A DNA stretch of 61,900 nt, the filler included, from Choristocarpus tenellus KU-1152 (taxonomy: Eukaryota > Protista > Phaeophyceae): NCBI GenBank assembly GCA_964200185.2. It is 10 parts of 10 records of this genome, joined end to end, with 100 filler letters (N's around TTAATTAATTAA, not from the genome) between each part and the next. Parts side by side here need not be neighbours in the genome. Positions count along the whole stretch, not along the records: positions 34,434 to 49,584 come from CAXNAD020001045.1; positions 49,685 to 58,073 come from CAXNAD020004776.1; 8 more parts are not named here. One strand, written 5' to 3'. The notes below the pieces were generated by a model. It was not told where the DNA came from. It did no database searches and was given only the letters and a program-made list of their open reading frames with translations. Within the stretch, counting starts at the first letter, position 1. Each line of letters starts with the position of its first letter. Shown here piece by piece: positions 36,600-50,830 of this stretch. The translations under genes were made by a program, and so were the position numbers.

Positions 36600-37290
36600 G
36601 GCATTGGTCTTGCAAAGAAGGTTAAGTAGAAAGTGAACAAGAAGTGTAAATGTACCCTTTGGTACACACTTTGGTCTGCCAGTGTCCAACGTCTGGATGT
36701 GAAATGTTTGTTTCAACCTCAATGCCTGAAATCGGATTCAGCAGTGGGGTGAATTATAGCATAGCATGTATGGTATGATCCTAGCTCTTCATCCTGGCCA
36801 GGGATGTAAGGGAACTACTCGATATCAGTGTCAGGTTAGTTCTTCTTTGCTCATTGGGATGTAGGTTAACCTGTTGTTCCATTTCCTAGAATGCGCACAC
36901 AGGAGAGTGCACTACACAGAAGTCGGGATTTGTCTTGTCTCATCAGTTGCTTCAAAGGGACACCATCGGTAACAGGTTGCAAGGCGTTGCGCGCCTTTCA
37001 TCCGTGTTTCTCCACGGTTGAGCAATGATAAGCGAGAGTGTGATGGAGATACTTCAGTTGTGCGTATGTTGAGCATTATTGGGTGTTATTTTTCGAAATT
37101 GACACATTTGTAGTTTGTTTCGGTATTGAGAATTTTGTTGCATTTGAAGTAGTTCTTTTCAGGAGGCTTTACTGAGCTAGGCCCCTGCGCTCTTGGACGT
37201 TGGGATTGATACTTTGGTACGTGTAATGCATGTTACTGTGCCATCTGACATTTCACAGGTGTGTCAAGGGAACATCCGATGAAAAGCCAA
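36600..37290 (+). mobile_element. Highly decayed 3' end of a probable non-LTR retrotransposon, ending in the hairpin motif
   Basis: Remnant HFLEC (zinc-knuckle-like) near 36880, then a UTR-like stretch ending in CTGACATTT..GTGTCAAGGG..GATGAAAA. Confidence 0.35.
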
Positions 37291-40200
37291 TTCAATATTT
37301 GTCAACAGGACGTTAGACTTCTAGTTTTTTTCTACCAGAAGATAGGAAAGGGCTAACTGTAAGGCATGCAAATGCTGATATTGGTATCTTGTTATATTGT
37401 CGCAAGTTTGGAGTACATAATGTCTTGCTTTGTCCAGTAACATTTCGTCTTCATTGCCGATGGAGAAAAAAGTACGAACCTGAACTTGGGTGAGGGGTGT
37501 GCCAATATTTTTGGGAAATCTTTATTAATACATTTTTTTCAACTTGTGTGTGCAAAGTTGAAAAAAATATTTATGTCTGACACAACCCAAAATACTTAAA
37601 AATATTTGGATCAGTCCAGGTCTCCTTTATTCTGAAAAAACATCCAGGTCTTAATCTCGTGATCGATCCCTCCACATCATCATGGTGAACTTCTCCACTC
37701 TACTAAATTATAATAATGTTCTCCAGTGTGTTAACTTTGAAAAAATATCAATAATATGCAACATGAAGGAGTTCGAAATAATTTCCCTGGTATGTGGTAC
37801 TCTGATTGTATCCTTATGTACACATTGGTTGTGGCTCTTGACATGCTCCAGAAGAAAGCTTTCGTGTTGTTCAGGATGTACAAACAACAATCTGCGGCAT
37901 TTTAGTTTTTCAATGCCCTCCTTGGTGATACTGACAATCTGAATGCACACGCCAGTGCACTCTATTCACCACTCTCCTTGACCTGCTTGACTCTGATTGA
38001 ACGAAGCTAATGCATGTCTTTCTACCACAAGGTACTCCTTCCTCACTTGCAAAAAGTTTAGAATGAATAGATGTCCAAAATAGTTGGACCAGCGCAAGCC
38101 TGTCCTTTTTTTTTTCTCAAATCGTTGTGGATGAAACATCATGGCAGGTGAGGTGACTGCTGGCACCTTATATTGGCCATATATGGTTGCAATTCACAGT
38201 AGTGTGACAGTGTTATGATTTTCTCAGACTCGAAATAAAATCTTCCCTCCATGGATAAGGTGATATATTTTGTTTTGATGCAGTACTGCATGGCATTAGG
38301 GGTGGAAGAGATAGGTTCACCTTGACATTACGGACCAAGTTCTAGTCAAACCTAGTAGTAATTGCACTATGAACAATGGCATCTACTACACATGCTATGG
38401 ACTACAACTTTGCAATGGTAGTGTACGTTTCTGTGTTGGAGTTGCTGTTTGTTTTCACTCTATGTCTGCGGGCCCTTGAACACTAATGCATCATCATTGT
38501 AACATCGATCACTACTGTTGTTTCTTGTGTTTGCTATTATATTTTGTCATCAACAGTGTACACCCCAACTTAGCGCAATAGTACAGACAGGAGAGTTCGT
38601 TCAGCTAAGAAGATCTGACCAAATTCAGACCTTCGAGGTAGAATCCCCCACGAGTTGTAACACCTACTGAGGTGTGTGGGCAATGACAACAGAATGATCA
38701 TCTGTAGGGACAATTAATCTATGTGAGTTGTCCATACCTGGGATTCCGTGCCATGGATGGGAAGGATTTAAAAGTTAGACAACAGCAGTTAACCTCCTTC
38801 GGAACAGAAAATAATTCCACTCATTTTATGTCCATCATAGTCTAACCCACAGCATGTGAGTAACGGTCCAGAATATTTGTACAGGTATTGACAAATGAGA
38901 GGTGCTAGGGTGGCACACGTTCACTGATGCAAGAGGGTCAGAAAAACACATACCACTGTAGAAACTAATATGTATTGGAAACAACAACCAACTTGAACTC
39001 TATGCGTGTGTGAGACAATGGAATGTCAACATGACGTACGAGAAAAACTCAAGATGCACCACACCAGTCAGGTATCCTCCATGGACGTGCCACAAAATCT
39101 GTTGTTACGAAAGAACTTCCTAGAGGAATATTCATCCATCTAAGAAACGGTTTCATAGAAAGGTTCATCTAGTATTGTACTGTATATTACCGGTTCCAAC
39201 ACACCAGCAACGAGGAACACACCCGTTCCTCTCCACCCCTAGCAGCAGAACACAACAACCCTAGCGATTTGAAACAACTTCCGCTACCGTGACGCCGTAG
39301 GTAAAGAAGGTCTGATCACTGATTATATCGATCAGTTCAGAGCGAATGACACTCCCAGAGTAGATATCCGCTGCCAGGGTCCCTACTGAAGTACCAAATG
39401 TGCAGAGAATTAATGTTACAGTGACTGCCCCGATTTCTTGCCAATCGGCATAACATCTAACCCCTTGTGAAGAAAACTATTATCCAACAAATCTTCTTGG
39501 TATCTTTTGTTGAACTTCTTCTGTACCTCAGACTATTCCTTGTTTCTTCTGACAAAGCAAAAATGTCTTTAGTGACCCTGGTGAACCATACATCGCACTT
39601 TCAACCTTTGTGACTTCGTATCCGCATAACCAGTCAACTGGACGTGTACGCTTGCCAACAAAGGAAATGTCGCGGCCAAGACGATGAAGAATACGATGCA
39701 GACTACTAAAGGCGTAAACGGTGGTTTATAACAACAAGTGCTTCTTAGGGTCTGCATCAATGTCGAGTACGCTAACACCCCCTTTTGCAGTTTTGAACAA
39801 ACAGATAATAGCACTGACAGTCAACGAGACTACAGATTGTCTATTTTCTAAAAGAAAATGGGTAAGTGATGAAGGGTCGTATCTTTGACGTTGAAGTCAT
39901 CATGTCGTGTCAGCAACCATATGGAAACGCCTTTTTTTTGTAGTAAACCACACTAACTTCTCGATAATCGATTGCTGACATTGAGTTGTCCAACAGAACC
40001 TACTCTTCACGAGGAACAAGTTCGTGACCCCCCCCCCCCCCCCCCCCCCCCCCCCGCCCCTTTCGGGGGGGGTTTCTCGTTCTTGNNNNNNNNNNTCACG
40101 AGGAACAAGTTCGTGCCCCCCCCCCCCCCCGCCCTGTCTAATTCGGTTTCTGTTGGAGGATATCAATTTTAGCTACTGTACAAAGTGTCACGGATGGTAG

Positions 40201-41437
40201 TGAATTTTTTAGCGAGTGTACAAATTGTCACTGTTGTCTTGAATGACAACGAAAATATTTTATTATTTGCCACACGTTAGCCTGGGAACTATTTCAACCA
40301 GTTGTCAGAGGAACTACACCCTGCACTACTTCTCATACTAACAAGCGATCACTACACACGACTGATTAATTCGTACACTAGTTGTTCTGGTTCCGTTTCT
40401 ACATTTGTTCTTACACATTCGGTTCAGCACTCCTGTCGCTCGTCGCTCCGTCTCCCCCCTCGAATCCTTTCCTGGCATTTTTGCGGTATAGTCACACACA
40501 GGATATAGCAGAGGTACATGATGCGTTGTGGTTATCATGTGAAATTGGTTCATTAATACAAAATATCTATGAAATGAAGTCTGGCGTTGAAAGGGTTCGA
40601 ACTCACGAAATGTGTGGGATTGTTGTGCTATATTTAAAATATGTAACAAAGTAAAGCTCACACAAATCTATTCTTTGTGGTGTCTGAAAAAATAAATATT
40701 AGAAATGGGTAGATGGTACTGTTTATGACGCGCGAGGTGGTTGTTGATGAGGTTCACACAAGATCATAAGAGAGATACCCCAACCTAACCAAGCCGACCT
40801 TGGCGTTCCAGCGAGCACCTGACTGCCCCCTTGAAATGAATTTGAGCTACATTGAATTGACTTACACGTGTGCTCGAGTTTCTAGTTGTCGGGGAGTAGG
40901 GTTTTCGAAGCATCATGGTTCGACGGAAGCAGCCTAATCCCACTAGGCGAGATATATATCTCAACAGGAAATGCTCCCCTAACTTTCCTCATGCAGGGTA
41001 CAATCCCATTGATTTCACAACTGCGGGAAATTGATCGTGATTTCATTGGACTTTGTGAAGCGATACTTTTATGCTTTTGTCTAGACTTTACTCCTTCCCT
41101 ATGTAAAGAAGACCCCATGTCGAGCAGTAGCTAACCATCTTATCAACGAGGACTACCTACGTCAGAGTGGTATAGGGCTAGAGGGTAGACTATCAGTGGA
41201 AATGAGAAAGGTTTAAACCCGGGGCATTTATCAACTCATGGTGCCGAAGAAAGATGCGATCCTTGGAATTGGGGTATGGTTGAAGACGCTTGTTTTGGCT
41301 CACAAAATAGCATGGGTTGGTGGTACTGAAATTGTTGGTCAATGGTTGTCCATAATTGCAATCTCCTCTAGTCTGTATGGATACGTCATTCTCGTCGACA
41401 ACACTGTAGTCTTCAAACAATTTGGTTCGCCCCCGAG

Positions 41438-41505
41438 CACCTCCACTCGAGACATGTTACACAGGATACCTCCACTCGAGACATGTTACACAGGATACCT
41501 CCACA
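41438..41505. repeat. 29-bp tandem repeat (ACCTCCACTCGAGACATGTTACACAGGAT) x2.3
   Basis: Directly visible. Confidence 0.85.
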
Positions 41506-44500
41506 GGCTTAGGTCTCTATTCCAGAGATGCAACGCAGGTTTGAATTTATAAGAATACGAACAAACCCTTTAACTATCCGTTCCTCTCACACCCCGCGCA
41601 ATTATGTCTCTGTAGACGAACGCCAGGAGGGGAAGGTTTTCCTGGCCTAGGACCGAGCAAAGAGGATGAGGGAGGACCCTTACAAGGGTTATTACAAGAG
41701 GGTGCAATAGGAAGTTCTTTGCCTTGCAATGAAAAATACTGGGGGGAGGGTAAGAGGAAGGAGGCTGAGCTATCTAGAGATGAAGAATGTGGAGGAGTCG
41801 ATGGGGATGAGGACTTTCAGGAGGGAGGGCCAAGTGTACGCCCAAAGAGGTAGGCCCTTCACCCCCTCTGGTGACTGACCATGCCGTATGTAATGCACCG
41901 AAGCTTGAAAGTCATATTTTCATGGATGAAGCGGGCTCATGGGGTGTTTTTTCAATTGACCTGTCCTGATCCTGATTGTGGACGTTTCTTTGTTCCTACA
42001 TATGCAACCTAAAACATTGGTAGGAATGGATGCATCATGTAGCGTGATAGTACGTAGGTCAAACGGGCTAGTCCATGGTGATGTACAGCTGTGTAGGAGT
42101 GGTGCAGTACCCCAGACATTCAATGTGACAGTATGGAATTCTTGTATGTGCAATAATACTGTTTCGGAAACCTGGTCAATGATTCAAGGCACAGCACATA
42201 CTAGAGCTACTCTGTGTTCATGTTCAACTTCCAGCTCTCAACCTTCCTCATCTGGCCTTACTTTTGATAGGGTTATATTCATAGCTGATAGTTATGCTTC
42301 AACAGTTTTCTAGGTGGGAAGAGGTAGGGAAAAATAGTTAGGGCTTGTCGACTCATACATAGTTTCTGGCACTTCATGGACGGAATCATTTCTGATGAAA
42401 ACATTTGCAACTTTTGATGAGTCGAAAAAGTACTCAAAAATATACCTATGATATACACTGGGGTGCTCAACATGGGACATGAGATGTGTGTGATGTTGAG
42501 ATTTTGTTCTTGGGTCAGTGTTGACCATGGGAAAGATACAGATCAGTTGTTGTACTTATGATGCTGGAAGAACAAGCAGAGGACAACAAGTCTGGTACAA
42601 TGAGTATCTTAAGTTATCAAGTGACCCTATAGAACTATTTTAAATGCAGGAAGAGGTAGTTCTATTGGCGACCCTCCTTCATTGGCAGCATGTGGCTGGA
42701 TGACAGTTATCATGTTCATAGGTGCATCAACCTGCTCCATTGCTCCTCATCGACAACATGCTTATTTTCTACCTCCTTAGTGCTTTGAAGAAGATTTCTT
42801 TTTTTAATCTCGCAATTATCAGCCACCAGAATAGAGGGTCAAGTGACCGCAAGTAGAAATGATTTTGAACTCTTATTGTCTTCCCATTTTTTCACACTTG
42901 CATGTATTGATATGCTTTTATTGATATACTTTTATTAATATAATGTAATATATAAATACACTTTTATTATGTAGGGAGAACTCCTTCTGCCCTCTCCTGT
43001 AGTCACAGTGTCACTCATCCAATAATCCCATAACTAAAGTGTTCAACATTTTTCTTGTTGCCCATTAATCTCCCTACTCCACTTTGCTTACATTGGGCTT
43101 CACCCGTCCTCTCCCATCTTCTCCACCACATCTCCCGTCTCCCTGACTGTGTGGGTTGTACATGTTTGATTGTTTTGACTTCACCAGGCCACGAGGGGGT
43201 GATGTCATCAGGTTGCCCTGTGCGGGGGATACAACAGGCGGTGTTCTCTTATGCAGCTTGCCGGTGGAAGATGTCGGCTCATGTACGCCTTACCAAGGTG
43301 AGAGCAGTCACTTACCGTTGATGGCTGCTCATCCAATACGATAGTACTTGAAATTTCACTGCCCGCCCAATCCTCACTCCAACCACCACTCTTTATTTTT
43401 TGTCCTTCCCTCGCTTCCTTGGTATCAGTAGATCAGTAGTGTGTGTGTGACAAGGCACACAGCTCGGGTAATTTATCAAATGCAGTGTACCCACTGGTTG
43501 CACCTTGTGTTTACTCAGCTGATATCCATCGAGTCCTATCAAGGAACCACAGACCTTGCATGTACCACGTACTTGGACAGATGCAAGTATTTCAGACTTG
43601 TAGGGAGAGGTGGGAGCCCCCCCCCCCCCATTCCTTTTACATTGAGTTAATTTTCACGTTTGATTGTCTCAAATACTACTAGAGTAGATTGGAGACAACT
43701 TAAGCAAGCGGGGTGCACAAACGGTCTTTCACTATCATCTTCGCTTTGCTCTTAAAACCTCCTTTGATTGGTCTGCAATCTTGCCGTTGGAAGGGTTTTC
43801 TTTTGTTGTGTCACCTGGTTCCCCTGTGCTATTGGAGAAGGAACAATTACGGTGGCACCGAACACTAACTGAGGAGGAAGTGCAGCAAGTGGAGGAGCCT
43901 TCTGACGTTGGAGGTACAGTAACCACGGGCATAAATCCGCCCATTCTAGCCAGTGACGTCCCTTATAGTATCCCTATCCACGAGCACTTTTACACTCTTA
44001 AGATGCTGTCTAGGTTAGGTTATGCCACTGCTGGCTGATATTTTTCGAACTTGGACAGTTAGAAATAGAGTTTGGTCATGATGGTATGGGAAGGGAAAAG
44101 ACTAGGGTGCGGTAGGGTATGTGGTCTGTAGGGAGAGGTGAGTTAATTGCTCAAGTTGAGCTCATGGTGGTCTTCTTCAAGGGAGGTGAGTCGAGGTTTT
44201 GGGTGGTGTCCTAGGCCTTCATTTTTTTAATACTTGCTTTGTATTTGTCAGATGAATGGGTTGGGTTTGGTTTCACACTATGAGTTGCACCAATGTCTTA
44301 GGCTTGTATCTATGAAGCTATTTTCTAGGAAGGGGTGAAGATTAGGTTCGAGTTCATGACTCAGAGTTCGTTTTTGTTGGGAATTTAGTTCAGATTGGAG
44401 GTACAGCAGGGTGGAATTTCTTGGGACAGAGTGTGCAACGGATAGTGCACTCAATGTATGACTGGCAAAGGGAATGGTACTGTTGCCTTCATAGGCAACA

Positions 44501-47500
44501 GTACCGAGTTGCTTCCACCTGCTGAGGACTCTTGTTTTGTGGTATGGCGTTTGCCGCAATTTTCTCCCTTCAAGTGATGCAATGGAGAAGCGGAGTGGTC
44601 TTGAGTTTACTACCCTTGGCTCGCGTGTTGCTGTGACAGCTTAAGTTGATAGCAGTCTATCCTGTACACAAACCATGCAGATGATGGCGTTGGCAAGGGA
44701 TATATCGGGCTCCCTACGCCCACGTTTGTCTGCCGCCCTTGCTTCTATCCTCATGAATGTTGAATGATCTATCTCAAATCACCTCAATAGACAGTGCTGG
44801 CACAGGGCACCTGGTATGTTGGAGAGAAGGAGATTCAGCAGGTTAACCTGAGATCATTACGCACTGCAATGGCATGACCCAGAGTTAGAGCTGTGGAACA
44901 GCTGGGCAGAACACTCGAGGTTGCTGTTTATGTTGAATGATTGGCGGCTCATAGACTAGTTCAAGTTTAGTGATTGTGTGTTGGTGCATGCTCAAGTATG
45001 AAACTCACGGCATGGTAGGGAGTAAGCCGCCTCACCATGAGTCTAGAATTACTGACCTAGCAAGTGGATGATTCTAATGGGGGTGAGAGGTCTTCTTAAG
45101 TGCCTCCTTCTCTGGTTCACTTTCTTTCCCAAATGCTCAGTACCCTGTAGTGTGATTTTTGCACACAGTGGGTCTGGTAGATATCCTCAAACTAGGGTGC
45201 AAACCTGTTTTAGCTGTTGGTACTTAGGCTTAGGCTTTGATCAGCACTTGCAGCACTGAAGACAGAGTTACTGGTGTAGCCTTGCTTGGATATCATCAAT
45301 CGGTCCAAATTGATCAATCCACCACAATTTGTGAATTGATTGAAATTTGAAGATAATGGTCACCAATTTCACTGGGCCCTGGGTGGCAGTTGTCAACCTA
45401 CCTGGGTGAAAGACTTCCTCAAAGGAATGCCGACACTCTCTTAGGGGACTCAGTCAACTTTCGTATTTTACATGAGATAAAGTGTTGCTCTAGTCTCAAG
45501 GTCAAGGAAATCAATACCAAGTTTGCAAAACGTTGGGATGCCTATGTCGTTGATCAGGACACAACATGAGATTATCTCCCTTAACTCAGGCAGTACAACA
45601 ACTTTGGCTGAACTTCTTGTATGTGTGCTAGGGTGCGCTTCTGAGGTTCCTGCTCAATTGTGTTGAAGTCTACATCTGAACAATATAGAGGGCAGTGTTA
45701 TTGTCTGTTGGCACATCAAGAATTTGCCGTGAATACCGTGTGCTGTTGACATGCTATGTCACTTGAGAGGCGCAAGTTCATGGTACCATTTAGTGCAAAA
45801 AGAGACCCCTGTAGCCCTTACAAAGAATCTGTGATCCAGCTATGGTGCACTATTTGCCAGGCCTGTGTGGGTTCTGTACTGTCAGATTACAGCTGGTATG
45901 TGAGGGTCAAGTACAATAACAAAAAGGAAAAAGTTCTAAAGATTTTTTACTGTCATTCCTTCACTGCCTGGTCAATACTGTTTGTCCATTACTGTGCATC
46001 TTTCCTCTAGAGTGAGTTGTACAATACAGTTGGATCGCTCATAATGTAGTCAGAAGTATTGTGTAGCACATCAATCAAATCTGTTATTACTTCACTTTGT
46101 GTCACGTGGTTGCTGGAGGTCCATTCTTGTCAACCTCCTGATCCCCAACCACCAACCAGCTCCACTGCCGTATGTCACAGTAATGTTGTATCGATGAATA
46201 CATCGAGTTTCACAGGACGGTTTGCGCACCCTCTGTTGTCAATCCTATCATCTCATTGTTGCTCGTCTTCTTAGCCCTTAGCTCGGCCTCATGTTGCCTC
46301 TACCATTGTAAACTCTTGAAACAATGTTCAGCTAGGTGGTTGTGGTAGTGGCAGTTGAATTGCTTGACTTATTTTCTTGGCTTTGTGTGAAACCTAGGTT
46401 GGTTCAGACTTGATTGATTTCTCCTTAGTTGTGTGCATGTACTAGTCCATGCACTCGAAGACTAATGACAGCAATTCCCTGCCTTTCAGGGTCCTGTCTA
46501 ACAGCAACATTGCCTTTGGATGATGGCATGTTTGCCCTTTAGACTCGAATGGGTAAGATTGGCTGCTGGCAGAGGCTTGACATGCCCCATTATTACCAGT
46601 TACTTAATTGACACATTCCACTGACTGTTTTGTGGTCAGGAGAATAGAATTTTCAGTATTTTATATACGTATGTATGTTCTCCAGTTCCTACAGGAATTG
46701 TGGAACCTCAACGGGTTTTATGATCTGTTTGTCCATTGTTGACACTAGCTGTGTAATGGCAAGACCTTTAGAGTTTGACTTGATAGTATTGTGTCAACAT
46801 TCTTGTTGCCTCTGACCAGCCATAATTCAAGGAAAATCGGAAATTCCAGCTATTTTTAGTGCTTCTTCACCCAGGCCGACATCATTGTTCTTTTTGGGGG
46901 TGCGTTTAGTAGAATATATCCATCCATTATGATCACACAGACTTGTAGAGCCTGATAACATGGTTAAGTCTGACCACCAATTACTGGAGCTAGAGGTAGT
47001 GAGATCGGGATCATGCTATCGTTCAAGAATCCTGTGGACCTTGTGGCCACAAGGCTGCTGCTGCAGCACCATGCACTGTGCCAGTATGCAATAGACCCTA
47101 AAGATACCCCTTCTTGGTGCCGTTATTATTGATACACCAACTATCACACAAGACAATCTCCCTCACAAGCGGAGTCATGAAACCTTTAAGATCCATTCCT
47201 TGCACAAACACTGATCGCATATGATCGTAGCGGGTGAAACTAGTCGATAATGTCATCCTCCACAGGAAGAGGTGTGCCTGCATGTAGAACTGTGATCTGA
47301 CTGTGGAATAAGGATATTGTGCTGATTTGAATTAGAGTCAAACGGACTACTCTGGTGCTGCTGTTTCTGTGTCGGATGTGTCTACCATAGTTCACCAATG
47401 CACACGTCATCAGACTTGACATTGAAGACATTAAGATAGTGGCCCAGATCCCATTTTTCAGTTTGAGGTCAACAACAGCAAGGTATGGTCAAATGTTGAC

Positions 47501-49684
47501 AACATACCTTTCTCAAGTGTCTCTACGTGGTTTATACCACTCACTAAGTATATATAATCATGTTTCTCACATGCATGCAGGGTTCGATCGAGCACTAGAC
47601 CTCTACACAATAACAGGGTTGTGGATGTGTGTGTTCAGGATTCCTTCATATATGTGCTGGTGTGTAAAACTATGTGTAGTACATGCCATCTATATATGTT
47701 ACTCTACAGAGTTGCCACCAAGTACTACATAGCAAATGGTCGATGAATCTCCCTAACACACATTTCATCTCTCCTCACCCCATATTGTGTCGACTTTACG
47801 TTTTGACTGGACATTCAAACCTTGGCCAGGTGTTACTGTCAAGATAAGACGTGATCAGGAATGGGGGGTGGAAGGAGGTACTGATGGTGAGTGTAGATTG
47901 ATACATTAAAGGGGGCAAGGTGAACATCACTACCGAGGTAATTTTCCTGGGAATTTTAAGGTACATATCATGACTTGCAAATGCTTGACCGTTCTCTACC
48001 AAATAGATTTGGTTTATCCATGTGTCACTAATCATTCCAAAATTGCACTTCATTTCCCTGTCGAGCACGGCTCTTCACAAGTTTTATTGGTAGCAGTGAT
48101 GGCTACCTTGCCATCGATCATAGTAGATGATGCGTTTGGATGGTTCTTGAGATCATGCACTGTTATCCTATAATCTCAAGGCATCACACTGAATGCTTGC
48201 TGTAGTGATCAATGTATCGATCCTTGTTGATGAAGATAAAGTATTGACTACTTTGCACTATGGATGATGGGATTCAAGAGTGCTGTACGTCCTAGTGTCT
48301 TCTTTCTGTTCCAAAGATGACATTGATTGTAGACGCCAATTTTGCCAATTTTCTTTTTTGCGGTAACCTCATCCCCTATTTGGGCTCATCAAGAGTGTGC
48401 CTTACCAATAAGTGGCAGCTTCATAAAGTTGCACCATACCTTACAATTGTATACACCAGTTACAATGACTGTTGAGCAGTTTCAGTTAGCTGCATGCACT
48501 CTATGCTAGTACCTCTATAGCTTCCAACTCTCTTGTGATTCAGTCGCTGCAACACACTGCCCTATGTGATCTCATTCAACTTCAAAAGGTCTAAAGTTGT
48601 TAAGATCTAACTTAATCATTCTTACTCTCCATCCCAATATGTTCTTTCATGAAAATATCAGTTCAGGAGTGGGTGAGTTTGTTAGTAAGAATTCATGGTT
48701 TCCACTTGCCCACCTGTACCTTTATCCACAGCAAACTTTACTGCCCAGACTCATTTAATGTGATCCCTGACATTTGGTGCCCTTGGCTTTCACACACAAA
48801 CACAAACACTCGCGCGCGCGCACACACACATATTGGTACCTGCTTCCCAAGTATCTGCAGTGGCTGGTGTGCTGCGGATGAAGTCTGAGGTTTTTACTGC
48901 AGTTGAGGTAAATGTAATTCCAATCCCACTTCTCACATTCCGCCCCTGCATGTTTGCCTATGCTCTGTGTCACTTTGTTGTAGGTTGTTGAGTGTTTCTT
49001 GCGGAGAGTATATATTTACTTCTAGTGTACTTCTGCCTACTCCCTGATCTTCTTTGCATTTTATATCTTTTTTTTTACATACCTTGATAACTTAGCCCCA
49101 GTCGCGGTTGGATCGCATGGATTTGAAGTAGGCAGAAGTAGCAGACATGCTACAATGCTCTTAGATATGTTTGTGTTCCAACTGAGAGAGTTAGGATTGA
49201 ACTTGGTTTATGTTGAACCTGTATATTTAGCTTAGGTCGTGTAGGAAATCCAGCAGACTCCAACCAAGTTCAGTGCTTTATTTTTCTGTTGCTAATGGTG
49301 TGGTCAAGGCTCATGATGTTGTCGTTTTTTTGTTTTTGTGTGAGCTTGTGTTTTTTGAGCTTCATAAGCTACGATCCAAGTGCTTGGGATGCCTTAGTAC
49401 TGATGCCTCCACTACTGCTACAGCTGGTGAGACCCACCCCTCTTGCTCTAGATCCCAGCCAACACCAAAACATCCACCCCTATGATCAGAATCTTGTACA
49501 GAAGGGCTTAATTACTATCAAGGCATACTTCTTGGACTCACAAAGTGGAAGCGCTGGAGTCAAGGGGAGAGGGGCAGGGAGGGGNNNNNNNNNNNNNNNN
49601 NNNNNNNNNNNNNNNNNNNNNNNNNNNNTTAATTAATTAANNNNNNNNNNNNNNNNNNNNNNNNNNNNNNNNNNNNNNNNNNNN

Positions 49685-50830
49685 GTTGCCAGGCAGCGAT
49701 TCGTGAGGGTCACACAACCCAGTCGTGCCTGGACAATCCGCAGGGTGCTCGTTTACCACACTTGCGTCGTAGAGGCAGGGGTCGTGGAAGTCGTGTTTGT
49801 GTTCATGATGATGGTCAGTCAATACCTGGCCATTATGGTCCGCGTCCCTAGGGGTGCCCAGGCGGATTTGACTCCTGTCCACTTGGGAACAGCCATGGTG
49901 TTGTTGTTGACACCATCGTAGGGAGTGGCAAGTGTCAGAGGTTGACACCAGTCACACCTCTTGCCCCGTAGGCATCGTTTATTGCCTGCACGCATGTCAC
50001 TAAGCATTTTTCTTGCCATTAGTTCAACCAAACTCGTGTAATAATAATGAAACTTGGTTCTACAGTTCTTTGTGCAGATATCCAGCCATACCCAAACCTT
50101 TGTCGTTTTCATCACAAAGAGTTCGTGTATCTGGCACCGTTAAAGAACAAGAGGAAAATGACTTGACAATTGACATAGTCAGTGATGTACCATGTATTTC
50201 TGAAATATTTTTTCGCAATCACCCTCAACTGAAACGTTTTGATGCGCATCCTGTCCCACCTGGTGCAATAAATATATGGGCAGCAAATGGTTCACCTTTG
50301 TGTATCCGTGGATTTATTCGTTTTGCACTTTCACTTGGTGACATCACATTGCCAGTTGAAGCTTTAGTGATTCCCCAACTTGGTCCCGATAAAATTCTGC
50401 TTGATAATAGTGTTATGTAGGCATTTGGTGCAATCCTTGATTGGCAAGAACAACGTCTTTCATTTCACAACAGTTCGTGTACCATTTCAGCAAGACATCA
50501 CATGACAAGGAGCCCCACTCAAGCACGTGATACAAGTACCACTCCTTCGTGTTCTGTGGTGAGTGTGCAACATGATATTGACCCTATACCTGTTCGTGTA
50601 CATAAACAGTATAACATACCAGCTGGTCATGAAATCATCCTACGTTGCACAACTGATACTAGTTTGTCGTTGGATACTGCCGTGGTAGTAGAGCCAGTCA
50701 TACACTCCAAGCCTGCTGTAGATCAAACCACTGAACCTACACATCCATGGAATCGTATCGTAGCTGCTCGCACTCTCAGTACTTGGTCAGCAATTGAGCG
50801 AGATGGAGAGTAAACAAGGGATCTTGTGCC
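49685..50830 (+). mobile_element. Ty3/Gypsy-type LTR retrotransposon remnant: gag zinc knuckle and aspartic protease region
   Basis: CQAAIREGHTTQSC knuckle remnant. IDIVSDVPCISE..WAANGSPLCIRGFIRFALSLGDITLPVEALVIPQLGPDKILLDNSVM*AFGAILDW is a retropepsin pattern with a degenerate active site. Confidence 0.75.

Noticed and set aside
40005-40130. Duplicated CACGAGGAACAAGTTCGTG + poly-C either side of a 10-N gap
   Set aside because: Most likely an assembly overlap artefact at a poly-C break; the same applies to the gaps at 4136-4145 and 57555-57563.
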